Positions 1 to 11,400 of a stretch of 64,000 nt of DNA are shown here, piece by piece. Positions within the stretch are counted from its first letter, which is position 1. Each line of letters begins with the position of its first letter. The notes below the pieces were generated by a model. That model saw only the letters and a list, made by a program, of their open reading frames with translations. It did not search any database and was not told where the DNA came from. The position numbers and the translations under genes are program-made. This DNA comes from the human T2T-CHM13v2.0 reference genome, Homo sapiens, in assembly GCF_009914755.1 (NCBI RefSeq), contig NC_060926.1. One strand, 5' to 3'.

Positions 1-994
1 TTAGTGTTAAGAATGCATAAGACAAATGCTAAGAAACTCCAGTATGCTTGCAGCCTACTTTTTTTCTCACCATATATTCCTTTTTTTTTCTACTTTGTTT
101 TCTTAACCTGCCTTGCTGAGGGTAAGCCTTTGGAATTTGTTCATTGATGAATACATTACTAGAGAATTGGTCATCATTTGAAGAATTGGTATACTTCTTG
201 ATGTTCATTTAAAAGTGAGTTTTAAAAAACTTTTTTTATATACTTTGTCTATTTTAGCCAAAATAATTTGGTTTTGTTTTACATATATTTTAAGATAAAT
301 TTTAAAATTCATTCTATTTTCTTGATACCATGCAATTTTTATACATATCATTTTATGTACAGCAAACCTGTATTGTTTGAGTCTTTATGACTAAATAAAT
401 AGATTCCCCAAGTTCATCTATTCTATTTATTTATTGTTGCGCATTTTCAAAGTAATTTTACATCTGCCTTCAGAAAGAGTCATGAACCAAGACAAGGACC
501 TATCAATCAGATTTTGTCACAAGGAAATACACTGATGGAATTATAGTGATTATGGAACCATGCACTGTAAAAGTAGAACTTGGGTCTTCTGACTCTCAGT
601 TCCTAAAATATGCCACTATCTGTTGTCACTGTAGGCACAAGTCAAGGAAAACCTAAAGAAGGGAAAGCAGGAGATATGCGTTGCAAAGATAAGAGCTGGG
701 CTAAGTGATATGTATGATGAAATTCGGTTTTCAAGCCCCACCCCATACTGAGCAGCTTCAGTTTTCCTGAGGTGATACATTTTGAGATCAAAGATAGGAT
801 ATTTGAAGAAAGCACAACTAAGAAATACAGATTTCAGACAGGTAGATCATTTTGTTACATTTTACTACAAATTATATAACTGCTTCACTTCAGAAACACA
901 GACATCAATTCCCACTGACACCTGAGAGCTACTTCTAATATGAAGAAATATTGCTAACATGTGAATTTATATGCCAACATTGTCTTACTCCTTG

Positions 995-1160
995 AGACAG
1001 GTATTATTATTATTATCCTTTCTTTATAGATAATCAAATTGAGACATAAATAGTTTAAATGAGTTTCCCAGGATTATATCTGGATCTGGTAGCTGATATA
1101 ACTGGGATTTGAACATAAACATTCTATCTCTTGGGCCGGTGGCCTTAGCTACTACAATAT
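995..1160 (-). mobile_element. MIR SINE fragment
   Basis: ATTATCCTT..TTTATAGA..AAATTGAGACA..GTTTAAATGAGTTTCCCAGG..CTGGGATTTGAAC resembles the reverse complement of the MIR core. Confidence 0.7.
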
Positions 1161-1844
1161 TCTAATCCTCTAGTAAGGTCCTTTGTTATTCAGAATATTT
1201 AATTATCTGTTGCTGGATTTTTGACTTGTTAAATTACTTAGTAGACAGTGAGTCTCTAAACTATGCTCTCTTTTTCCAAATAGCTGAGAGTCTCCCAGTT
1301 AGCTTAGGTCTCTGTGAAGAGATAATGGTCTCTCACAGAGGAAATGGTGTTAAATGTAGTAAGCTAGCATTTATAAGTTGGAAGGAAAGTGTTCATATTA
1401 CTTCCATATCCTTCTAAAAATGATCAAACTGCTTGAATGGATATGGCTGAAGGCACTGAAAGAAAAATGACATATAGGAAAGCAACCTAGCTTCATAGGA
1501 CATGGTGTCATCAGGTGTTTTAGCTTTGTGACTTCACTATGTTATGTGATCCTAGGCCTCAGAGCAGGAACAGGGCTGTGGAAGCCGATTGGGTGGGGGT
1601 GTCTATTCTGGGTTTCAATTACTTCTCTTTCAGTCCTAAAATTTTTGAAATAACAGAGTTTATTTCTTCAAATGTATAATGGCGATAATAATGGAGTGTT
1701 TGAATTGATAAAAGAAAACTGTCTGTTACAGATATCTGTGCCTGGCATTTATTAGGTGGTTGATAATGTTGTATATACATGCATAGATATAATATACACA
1801 TATTCTCAAACTTCTCCAGGAGGTAAAACAGGCTCCACTCAATT

Positions 1845-2040
1845 GATGGTTAAAACCAGGAGTGCTAGCATCAAACTAACCCGGGTTTGGAGCTTGGTTC
1901 TTCCACTGTCTATTTGTGTGACATTGGGCCAGTTATTCATCCACTCCTATTTTAAGATGAGGAAATTAATATCACTTACCACCTTCACCATCAAATGAAA
2001 ATGTCTGTAATGGTTGGAATAGTTTGTAATGCCCAGAAAG
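1845..2040 (+). mobile_element. MIR SINE fragment
   Basis: TGGTTAAAACC..CCGGGTTTGG..TGTGTGACATTGGGCCAGTTATT..AAGATGAGGAAATTAAT resembles the MIR core. Confidence 0.6.
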
Positions 2041-2519
2041 TGAAATGTGTAGTCTCTATTTGTCACTTATATCTATATATTTTTTAAAAATCACATTTTA
2101 GAGTTGCTGGTTCCCACCCATTGATTTGTGTGTTCCAAATATTCTTCCCCCAAAATGTCTGAAAATCCCAAGATGTCCTAGGTAAGATGAAGATAATTCA
2201 TTTAGAAATCTATAGGACCAAAAGGAGGAGAGAATATGGTCCAGCTCATCTCATGGGCAACCAACCTTTAGGCAGATCTCAGCCTCTCTGCTTCTCTATG
2301 CCCTACTATAAGAGACACCCAGGTTCATTGCCTTTCTTACTATGCTGCTTTTTTTCATTTTCTTTAGAGTCTGTTTATCTCTGGGTCTTTAATTATCTGT
2401 CTTTTGTGCTGCTGCTGAACTCTGATTTAATGTATCACTTCATCTACGTTAGAAATTCTCAAACTATCTATGGTGCAGGGCCAGTGAGTTTGTTTTCTAA
2501 TTTATAGCTACAATTGTTT

Positions 2520-3300
2520 CCTTTATTGTCTCATAGTTATAGAGGCTAAAAATCTGAAATTCAAGTGTTGTCACGGTCCTACTCCCTCTGAAACAGAGCG
2601 CGGAGTCTTCCTTGTTCTCCAGTATCTGGTGTCCTATTGGCAGTCCCTGGCATTCTTTGGTTACAGCTGCAGTACTTTAATGTCCGCCTCTGTCGTCACT
2701 TTGCATTCTCCCTGTGTACCTTTGTATTCACATGACATTCATCTCTGTGTTCAATTTCCCCTGTTCTTAGAAGAACACTGCTGTGGATTGGCTGTTCCCA
2801 ACCAAATCTCACCTTGAATTGTAATCCCTATAATCCCCATGTGTCAAGGGTGGGACCAGGTGGAGGTGATTGGATCATGGGGGTGATCTACCCTATGCTG
2901 TTCTTGTGATAATGAGCGAGTCTCATGAGATCTGATGGTTTTACAAGCATCTGGCATTTCCCCTGCTTGCACTTACTCCATCCTGCTACCTTGAGAAGAA
3001 GGTGCCTACCACTCTTTTGCTTTCTGCCATGATTGTAAGTTTCCTGAGGCCTCCCCAACCATGCAGAACTGTCAATTAAACCTCTTTCCTTTATAAATTA
3101 CGCAGTCTCAGCTACCTCTTGATAGCAGCATGAGAATGAACTAATACAAACACGAGTCCTGTTGGATGAGGGTCCACCCTAATGACTTCATCTTCACCTG
3201 ATTACATGGGCAAAGATCCTATCTTCAAATAAGATCACATTGTGAGGTACTGGAGTCAGGAATGGAACAAATCTTTTGGGGGAAAAATTCAACTCATAAG
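2520..3300 (-). mobile_element. MLT1B/C-type MaLR LTR, split by a THE1 insertion
   Basis: TTTATTGTCTCATAGTT..GAAATTCAAGTGTTG on the left; GGGTCCACCCTAATGACTTCATCTT..GATTACAT..GCAAAGATCCTAT..CAAATAAGATCACATTGTGAGGTACTGG on the right. Confidence 0.8.
2779..3148 (+). mobile_element. THE1C/D-type MaLR solo LTR
   Basis: TG...CA ends; CCAAATCTCACCTTGAATTGTAATCCC, GATTGTAAGTTTCCTGAGGCCTCCCC, AATTAAACCTCTTTCCTTTATAAATTAC; 5-bp TSD AACAC at 2774-2778 and 3149-3153. Confidence 0.92.
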
Positions 3301-5665
3301 TAGCAAACAGATCATGTTTTTCTATATCCTACCCAAGGAGACAAGGCTAGTGATCAGGTGCTTGAATATCACAGCAATGAAAATGGTTATTCAAAGCTTA
3401 AACATTGTCTATTTCTGCCTTACATCACCATTATTCATAGTTTGTAGACCAACGCCTCAACGATGCTATAGGGAGCTCTGCTTTGAGTGACAAACCGATA
3501 GGAATGTGAAGGTTAGTTGGTGAATTCTGCTTTGGAGCCATGAGGTTGGACACTTTTAAAGGTTGTGCCTATTCAATGTATGCCAGCAGGACCGATGGGG
3601 CTCTGATAAGTCCTCCTACCTTACTGTTCCATCTCAGCATTGCTCTTCCCTTTATTTTCATCTAGGTAACTCTTGTTTATTTTCTATAACTCAAATTTGA
3701 TTTCCCCTAATGCCCAACTCAGTCTAATTAAGATGTGTTTCCTCCCTATCCCCAGAGCAGCCTAGCATGCTTCCATGCTAGCAAAGCACTACATTTATTG
3801 ATCAACGTGTCCCATTTTGCCTTAACACAATGAATTAATGCCCCCTGAAGAGAAGATTGATTTCTTATTCTACCTGTTCTCACTAGTGTCCTTCTAGTGC
3901 CTGCTTCATGTTGTGTGTATTTCCTTACATTAATACATGAATAAACGAATGCATTCTCTATCCTGGCAAAAGCGCTGCTTATCACATTGGAGTCTCCTTT
4001 TTACCAGATGTTAGAGCTCTCATGACAATACCAAATTTAGGATAGTTAATTTTTAGAGTCTGACTGAACATGAGACTTCCAACAAAATAATAATGACCAC
4101 TGAACACCTTTCAAGTGATGTTTAAATAGATTGTATTTCTCAAGGTTGATTATCTTTCTGTCCTGTAAGATGCACTAGTGTTCATATTGTATTTGAGAGA
4201 TATGCTGTACCAAGCTGTAAATGTCCAATTACATATTGTGAAAGCAACCACTTATGTACTTCATTTAGTATTTAAACAATCATCCTAACAGGAAAGTAAC
4301 GATTGTTAAATCTGTCCACAGTTTTGGAGGGGATGTATTTTTGAGGTTTTTCATTTTTAGTGCACCGACTAGAGATCAATTTACCTTTATCGTAGGAAAT
4401 AATTCTAAAACCCCATTGAAACTCTGAATTCACTTATAGATATGATAATTTCTCATGTCAGTGATTCTTAACCCAAAAGTCCTTGTAGAATTGTCCAGAG
4501 GATGAGAACTTGAAATCATGGTGCCTTGAAAACAATTGGCATTTAATTAATATCTGTAGAGTAGTACTGAAATGAATGTAATAGACTCGCCTACACCCTC
4601 ATTAGACTTTCTTTTTTCTAAAATCAATTTGTCATCATTTTTGATAAAGACGTTCTTTTCAGAAAGTTGCATTCTAAATTTGTATGTTACCAAAATCATT
4701 CTATTCACTCTTTTCAAGGGGCAATTACGAGTCATTAAGGGACTAAAGAATGTACTATTAATCAAGTCAGAGATTGGTTGATTTATCATTGTCAGTTTCA
4801 GGTCCATGTTCATCAAGTTTTCCTTTCAAAGATCACTGGGAAAAGTGATCTTATGGTTTTAAACGGCACAGTAAAATTTTTGCCTAGAGATCAAAGGGAA
4901 TTAACTTCTACTGATGGGTTTCATCCCATCAGGACCATCAGGACATATGATGGACATGCATGAGTATCAGCAGACATTTTTTAGGTTCAGTTGTCCTCTC
5001 CAGAGAATACAGGGATTAGAGAAAAAGAAGCTTGATGAGGGAAAGAACGAAAGTAATATTACTTTCTTTTGTCAAGAAGCTTGCTACTTCTGGTAATGCT
5101 AACAATTCTATTTTGCTTGTCAGGAATTTTGTGCTTTGCTACTCTTAATTTTGTGTAATAACCATGTCAAATAAAATCAGTAAAAATGTACAGTCATTGT
5201 GGCTTCATTTACATACTACTTCAATTCATGAATTATTTTGCAATGCTCTTTAATAGAGGAACAAAAGTTTGTAAATCACAAAGTAGATTACTAGTGGCTA
5301 TTTTCTCAATTTTTCATTAATTCTTCACCTATGTCCTGTTTTTTCTCATTCACCTGCAAGTCTGAAGACCAAATGTTCTTTGCTTTCAGTAGTATAAGCA
5401 GTGCCAGTGGAATAATACTCTGCTGAGTAGCAGGGGTTTGTTTTGAAATCCACTTAACTCTGGGTTAAGAGGATTTCAAGAAAGCAATCATAAGAAAAAA
5501 GGAGAAGAGAAGCAATGCAGTTCTGCGAAACTTTTTTTCTCATCTCCACTTCTAAAACGCTACTCAATGTGTGAATAATTTCTCCTTTCCAATACTGTAC
5601 CCCCTGCTTTGCTTGACCACCTTCCTGCCAATTCTGGCTCTCCTGTCACTTGAAAATTGCTATGT

Positions 5666-5963
5666 GGTCTGGGCACAGTGGCTCACGCCTGTAATCCCAG
5701 AACTCTGGGAGGCCGAGGCGGGTGGATCACTTGAGGTCAGAAGTTAGAGACCAGTCTGGCCAACATGGTGAAACCCCATCTCTACTAAAAATATAGAAAT
5801 TAGCCAGGCGTGGTGGCAGGTGCCTGTAATTCCAGCTACTCAGAAGGGTGACACAAGACAATCGCTTGAACGTGGGAGACGAAGGTTGCAGTGAGCCGAG
5901 ATCATGCCACTGCACTCCAGCCTGGGCAACAGAGCGAGACTCTGTCTCAAAAAAAAAAAGAAA
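5666..5963 (+). mobile_element. AluS (Sx/Sz-like)
   Basis: Full dimeric Alu with poly(A) tail; degenerate TSD AAAATTGCTATGT / AAAATTGCCAAGT. Confidence 0.95.
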
Positions 5964-6007
5964 AAAATTGCCAAGTGAAAATCAACTTTTATTGCTGCCA
6001 ATTCACT

Positions 6008-6048
6008 GTGTGTGTGTATGTGTGTCTGTGTCTGTGTGTGTACATGTG
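6008..6048. repeat. Imperfect (TG)n microsatellite
   Basis: Read directly from sequence. Confidence 0.85.
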
Positions 6049-7384
6049 CCTTTTAGGATCATTCTGGCTTTTTTTGAAGTGAATGCTATTCCTCTGTAAT
6101 TATGTGTTCTTTCTCTGTCTTTCTGCTTCCTTTGGAAGAGATAGAGAAGGGAATGATCACGGGAAGCTTTAGGCTCCACAAGTCTAGCCTGACTCATACA
6201 GTAGTACAGGTGGAGGCTCCTGCAAGAAAGCCTGGTCATGAGCACAAACAGTGCTTAGATTCAACCTACATTTCTCTTGTCAAATTTTACACCTGGGATT
6301 GTTTGCAAGAATTGTGTGTGCATTCATGTATCTGAAAGTATACACCCAGAATAGATAGCCCCTTATTGTTCTAATTGGTGCAAAGTCACCATATAAGATA
6401 GCAGTGAACCTCAGTGACGTCCTAAGGAGAAATTCTAAATGATGCAAGTTAAATACTTTCAGTCTCCTGATTCTACTGGCATAACGATTTAAATAATCTT
6501 ACCTGTGCCCTATTTATAGTTTTTTTGTGATAGTAAAAAAAATCATTTTTATTATGTTAATAACCTCATGTAATTCATATTTTTGATTTTTATCATTTAT
6601 ATATTTCAATATAGGCTCCTAGAATTTAGTAAACAGATTCTGTCACCTGAAATGAACACTATGCATGTCAGGCATGTAATTAGAGCATTGTTCCGTTTCA
6701 ATTTATGAAGATATTCCTTTTTTAATGTCATCAAATGTAAAGACTGCTTTAACTACACTTCCAGATATATTTACCTAGAACATTATTGATTTGATTTGAC
6801 TTCTCTAAAAATGATAGTATTCAGTTCAGTTGACTGTTAAAAAAAAACCTTCCAAATAAACTCCTAAAGTAGAAATGTTTGGATTCTTATGGTATGTGGC
6901 TTATACATTCACAGTTATATATATGAAGAAGCTTGGATACAATCAGTTGCAAGAGGCAATTTTTTTTTTCCTTTCATTAGTTCAAAATGCCTAATTGTTT
7001 TAACTTAATATAAACACTTAGGTTGAAATTTAGGTGTTGTCTCTTGGTAGTTGTGTGACACTGTGTCCGGAATTGGTGAGTTCTTGGTGTCACTGACTTC
7101 AAGAATAAAACCGCGGACCCTCGTGGTGAGTGTTACACTTCTTAAAGATGGTATGTCCGAAGTTTGTTCCTTCTGATGTTCTGACATCTTCAGAGTTTCT
7201 TCCTGCTGGCAGGCTCGTGGTTTCGCTGGCCTCAGTGAAGCTACATACTTTCAGGATGAGTGTTACAGCTCATAAAGGCAGTGCAGATTCAAACAGTGAG
7301 CAGCAACAAGATTTGTTGCAAAGAACAAACTTCCATACTCTGGAAGAGAACCCAAGCAGGTTGTGTCTGTTGACGCAGGCAGCC

Positions 7385-7690
7385 TGCTTTTATTCTCTTA
7401 TCTGGCCCCACCCACATCCTGCTGATTGGTCCATTTTACAGAGAGCCGATTGGTCTGTTTTACAGAGCGCTGATTGGTCCGTTTTGACAGGGTGCTGATT
7501 GGTGTGTTTACAATCCCTGAGCTCAAGACAAAAGTTCTCCACCTCCCCACTAGATTAGCTAGATACAGAGTGCTGACTGGTGTATTTACAAACCCTGAGC
7601 TAGACACAGAGTGCTGATTGGTGCATTTACAAACCTTGAGCTAGATACAGAGTGTCCATTGGTGTATTCACAATCCCTTAGCTAGACATA
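7385..7690 (-). promoter_or_regulatory. LTR12 U3 promoter/enhancer repeats: six CCAAT (NF-Y) boxes plus GATA and AATAAAA TATA-like box
   Basis: ATTGG appears six times on + (about 7425, 7449, 7473, 7498, 7617, 7658). The minus strand reads GGCCAGATAAGAGAATAAAAGCAGGCT at about 7381-7407, the known ERV9 LTR core promoter layout. Confidence 0.7.
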
Positions 7691-7739
7691 AAGATTCTCC
7701 AAGTTCCCACCAGACTCAGGAGCCCAGCTAGCTTCACCC

Positions 7740-8340
7740 AGTGGATCCCGCCCAGACCCGGGCTGCAGGTGGAGCTGCCTGCCAGTTCCCCGCCGCTGCG
7801 TCAGCACTCCTCAGCCTTTCAGCGGTCTGTCGATGGGACTGGGAGGCGTGGAGCAGGGGGCGGCGCTCCTAGGGGAAGCCGGGCCGCGCAGGAGCCCACG
7901 GCGGTGGGCTGGGCGGGGTGGGGCGGGAGGGGAGGCTCAGGCATGGCGGGCTGCAGGTCCTGAGCCCTGCCCGGCGGGGAGGCAGCTAAGGCCCGGCGAA
8001 AAATCGAGCGCAGCAGCTGCTGGCCCAGGTGCTAAGCTCTTCACAGCCCAGGGACGGAGGGGCCAGCCGGCTGCTCCGAGTGCAGGGCCCCCGAGCCCAC
8101 GCCCAGCCGGAACTCGCGCTGGCCCGCGAGCGCCGCGCGCAGCCCCGCTTCCCGCCTGCGCCTCTCCCTCCACACCTCCCCGCAAGCTGAGGGAGCCGGC
8201 TCCGGCCTTGGCCAGCCCAGAAAGGGGCTCCTACAGTGCAGCGGCGGGCTGAAGGGCTCCTCAAGAGCGGCCAGAGTGGGCGCGGAGGCCGAGGAGGCGC
8301 CGAGAGCGAGCGAGCGAGGGCTGCAAGGGCTGCCAGCAGG
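7740..8340. promoter_or_regulatory. CpG-island-like segment within LTR12
   Basis: The only extended GC- and CpG-dense stretch in the window, with GGGCGG boxes. Confidence 0.7.
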
Positions 8341-8496
8341 CTGTCACCTCTCAGTACTGACTTAATTAACTTCATCAAGCCTTCAATTCATCATTACAAG
8401 TAAGTCTCAGTTATGGCATGGATCATAAAGATACCTATATGAAAAGAAATATTCATTGTTTATTTGAAATATGTTTAACTTTCCCTTCTGTATTTT

Positions 8497-11400
8497 TCGC
8501 AAATGACAGCAAATTATTTATTTATTTATTTCCAGGGTATATATGCACAGTTTGCCGGTTTGTTACATAGTGTCATTGTGGCTTGCTGCATGTATCAACC
8601 CATCACCTAGGTATTAAACTAGCATGCATTAGCTCTTTTCCCTAATGCTCTCCTCACCCCAGCACTCTGCCAACAGGTCCCAGCGTGTGTTGTTCCCCTT
8701 TCTGTGTCCATGTGTTCTCATTGCTCAGCTCCCACTTACAAGTGAGAACATGCAGTGTTTTCTTTTCTGTTCATGTGTTACTTCGCTGAGGCTAATGGCT
8801 TCCAGCTTCCTCTACCTCCCTGCAAAGGACATGATCTCATTCCTTGTTATGGCTGCACACATTTTCTTTATCCAGTCTATCATTAATGGGCATTTTGGGT
8901 TGATTCCACGTCTTCGCTATTGTGAATAGTGCTGCAATGAACATATGCATGCATGTATCTTTATAATAGAATGATTCGTTTGGGTATATATCCAGTAATG
9001 GGATTGCTGGGTCAAATGGTATTTCTGGTTCTAAATCTTTGAGGAATCACCACACTGTCCTCCACAATGGTTGAACTAATTTACATTCCCACCAACAGAG
9101 TAAAAGGATTTCTATTTCTCTGCTACCTTGCCAGCATTGTTGTTTCTTGATTTTTAATAATCGCCATTCTGACTGGTGTGAGATGGTATCTCATTGTGGT
9201 TTTGATTTGCATTTCTCTAATGATCAGTGATGCTGAGCGTTTTCATAGTTTTTTTGGCCACATGTATGTCTTTTTTTGAGAAATATCTGTTCATGTCCTT
9301 TGCCTACTTTTTGATGGGGTTGTTTTTTTTTTTTTGTAAATTTGCTTAAGTTCCTTGTAGATTCTGGATACTAAACCTCTGTCAGGTGGGCAGATTGCAA
9401 AATTTTCTCCCATTCTGTAGGTTACCTGTTTACTCTGTGATAGTTTGTTTTGCTGTGCAGAAGCTCTTTAATTTAACTAGATCCTGTTTGTCAATTGTGA
9501 CTTTTGTTGCAATTTGTTTTGGCGATTTCATCATTAAAATCTTTGCCCGTGTCTGTGTCCTGAATGGTATTGCCTAGATTTTCTTCTAGGTTTTTTATAG
9601 TTTTGGGTTTTACATTTAAGTCTTTATGCCATCTTAAGTTGATTTTTGTATAATGTGTAAGGAAGGGGACCAGTTTCAGTTTTCTGCATATAGCTAGCCA
9701 GTTCTTCCAGCATAATTTATTAAATAGGGAATCCTTTCTCCATTGCTTGTTTTTGTCAGGTTTGTCAAAGATCAGATGGTTTTAGCTGTGAGGTTTTATT
9801 TCTCAGTTCTTTATTTTATTCCATTGGTCTATGTGCCTGTTTTTGTACCAGTATCGTGCTGCTTTGATTACTGTAGGCTTGTAGTATGGTTTCAGTTCAG
9901 GTAGCGTGATATCTCCAGCTTTGTTCTTTTTGCTTAGGATTGCCTTGGCTATGCAAGCTGATTTTTGGTTCCGTATGAATTTTAAAATAGTTTTTTCTAA
10001 TTCTGTGAAGAATTTCAAAGGTCGTTAAATGGGAATAGATTATAAATTGCTTTGAATCTATAAATTGCTTTGGGCAGTATGGCTATTTTCACGATATTGA
10101 TTCCTCCTCTCCATGAGCATGGAATGTTGTTACTTCTGCTTGTGTCCTGATTTTCTTGAGCAGTGGTTTGTAGTTCTCCTTGAAAAGGTCCTTCACTTCC
10201 CTTGTTAGCTGTATTTCTACGTATTTTATTCTGTTTGTAGCAATTGTGAATGGGAGTTCATTCCTGATTTGACTCTCTGTCTGTTGTTGGTGTATAGAAA
10301 TGTTTGTGATTTCTGCACATTGATGTTGTATCCTGAGACTTTGCTAAAGTTGCTTATCAGCTTAAGAATCTTTTGGGCTGAGTTGATGTGGTTTTCTAGA
10401 TATAGGATCATGTCATCTGCAAACAAAGACAATTTGACTTCCTCTCTTCCTATTTGAGGATGCTTTATTTCTCTTGCCTCATTGCCCTCGCTAGAACTTG
10501 CAATACCATGGTGAATAAAAGTGGTGAGAGTGCATTCTTGCCTTGTGCCAGTTTTCAAGAGGAATGATTCCAGCTATTGCCCATTCAGTGTGATATTGGC
10601 TATGGGTTTGTCATAAATCGCTCTTATTATTTTCAGGTATGTTTCTTCAATACATAGTTTATTGAGAGTTTTTAACATGAAGGGATGTTGAATTTTATTG
10701 AAGGCCTTTTCTGTGTCTATTGAGATAATCATGTGGTTTTTGTCTTTAGTTCCGTTTGGGATGAATTATGTTTATTGACTTTGTGTATGTTAAACCAGCC
10801 TTGCATCCCAGGGATGAAGCTGACTTGAGCGTGGTGGATAGCTTTTTGATGTTCTGTTGGATTCAGTTTATCAGTATCTCATTGAGGATTGTTGGCATTG
10901 ATCTTCATCAGGGATATTGGCCCGAAGTTTTCTTTTTTTGTTGTATCTCTGTCAGGTTTTGGTATCAGGATGATGCTGGCCTTACAAAATTAGGGAGGAG
11001 TCCCTCTTTTTCAATTGTTTGAAATAGTTTCAGAAGAAATGCTACCAGCTCCTGTTTGCATCTCTGGTAGAATTCAGCTGTAAATCCATCTGGACCTGGG
11101 TTTTTTTTGTGGTTGGTAGACTATTTATTACTGCCTCAATTTCAGAACTTGTTATCAGTCTATTCAGGGATTCAACTTCTACCTGGTTCAGCCTTGAGAG
11201 GTTGTAAGTGTCCAGGAATTTATCCATTTCTTCTGGATTTTCCAGTTTATTTGCATAGAGGTGTTTATAGTATTATCTGATGATTGTTCATTTCTGTGGG
11301 GTCAGTGGTGGTATACCCCTTGTCATTTCTGATTGTGTTTATTTGAATCTTCTCTCTTTTCTTCTTTATTAATCTAGCTAGCAGTTTATTGATTTTATCG

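Larger units (their letters stand above)
7062..8353 (-). mobile_element. LTR12 (C/D/E-like; ERV9) solo LTR
   Basis: On the minus strand it begins TGAGAGGTGACAGC.TGCTGGCAGCC and ends GAAGTCAGTGACACCAAGAACTCACCAATTCCGGACACA; it has a GC-rich U3 and tandem CCAAT-containing repeats. Confidence 0.95.

Noticed and set aside
4547-5096. Cluster of short ORFs and a possible splice acceptor at about 4718
   Set aside because: No recognisable protein and no convincing paired donor; a conserved non-coding element cannot be excluded without alignments.
7420-7690. Regularly spaced repeats resembling a CRISPR array
   Set aside because: These are known LTR12 U3 tandem repeats with no unique spacers and no cas genes, in a eukaryotic context.
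7769-8378. GC-rich ORFs of 64-139 aa
   Set aside because: They lie wholly within LTR12 U3; the lack of stops reflects GC content, and no domain is recognisable.
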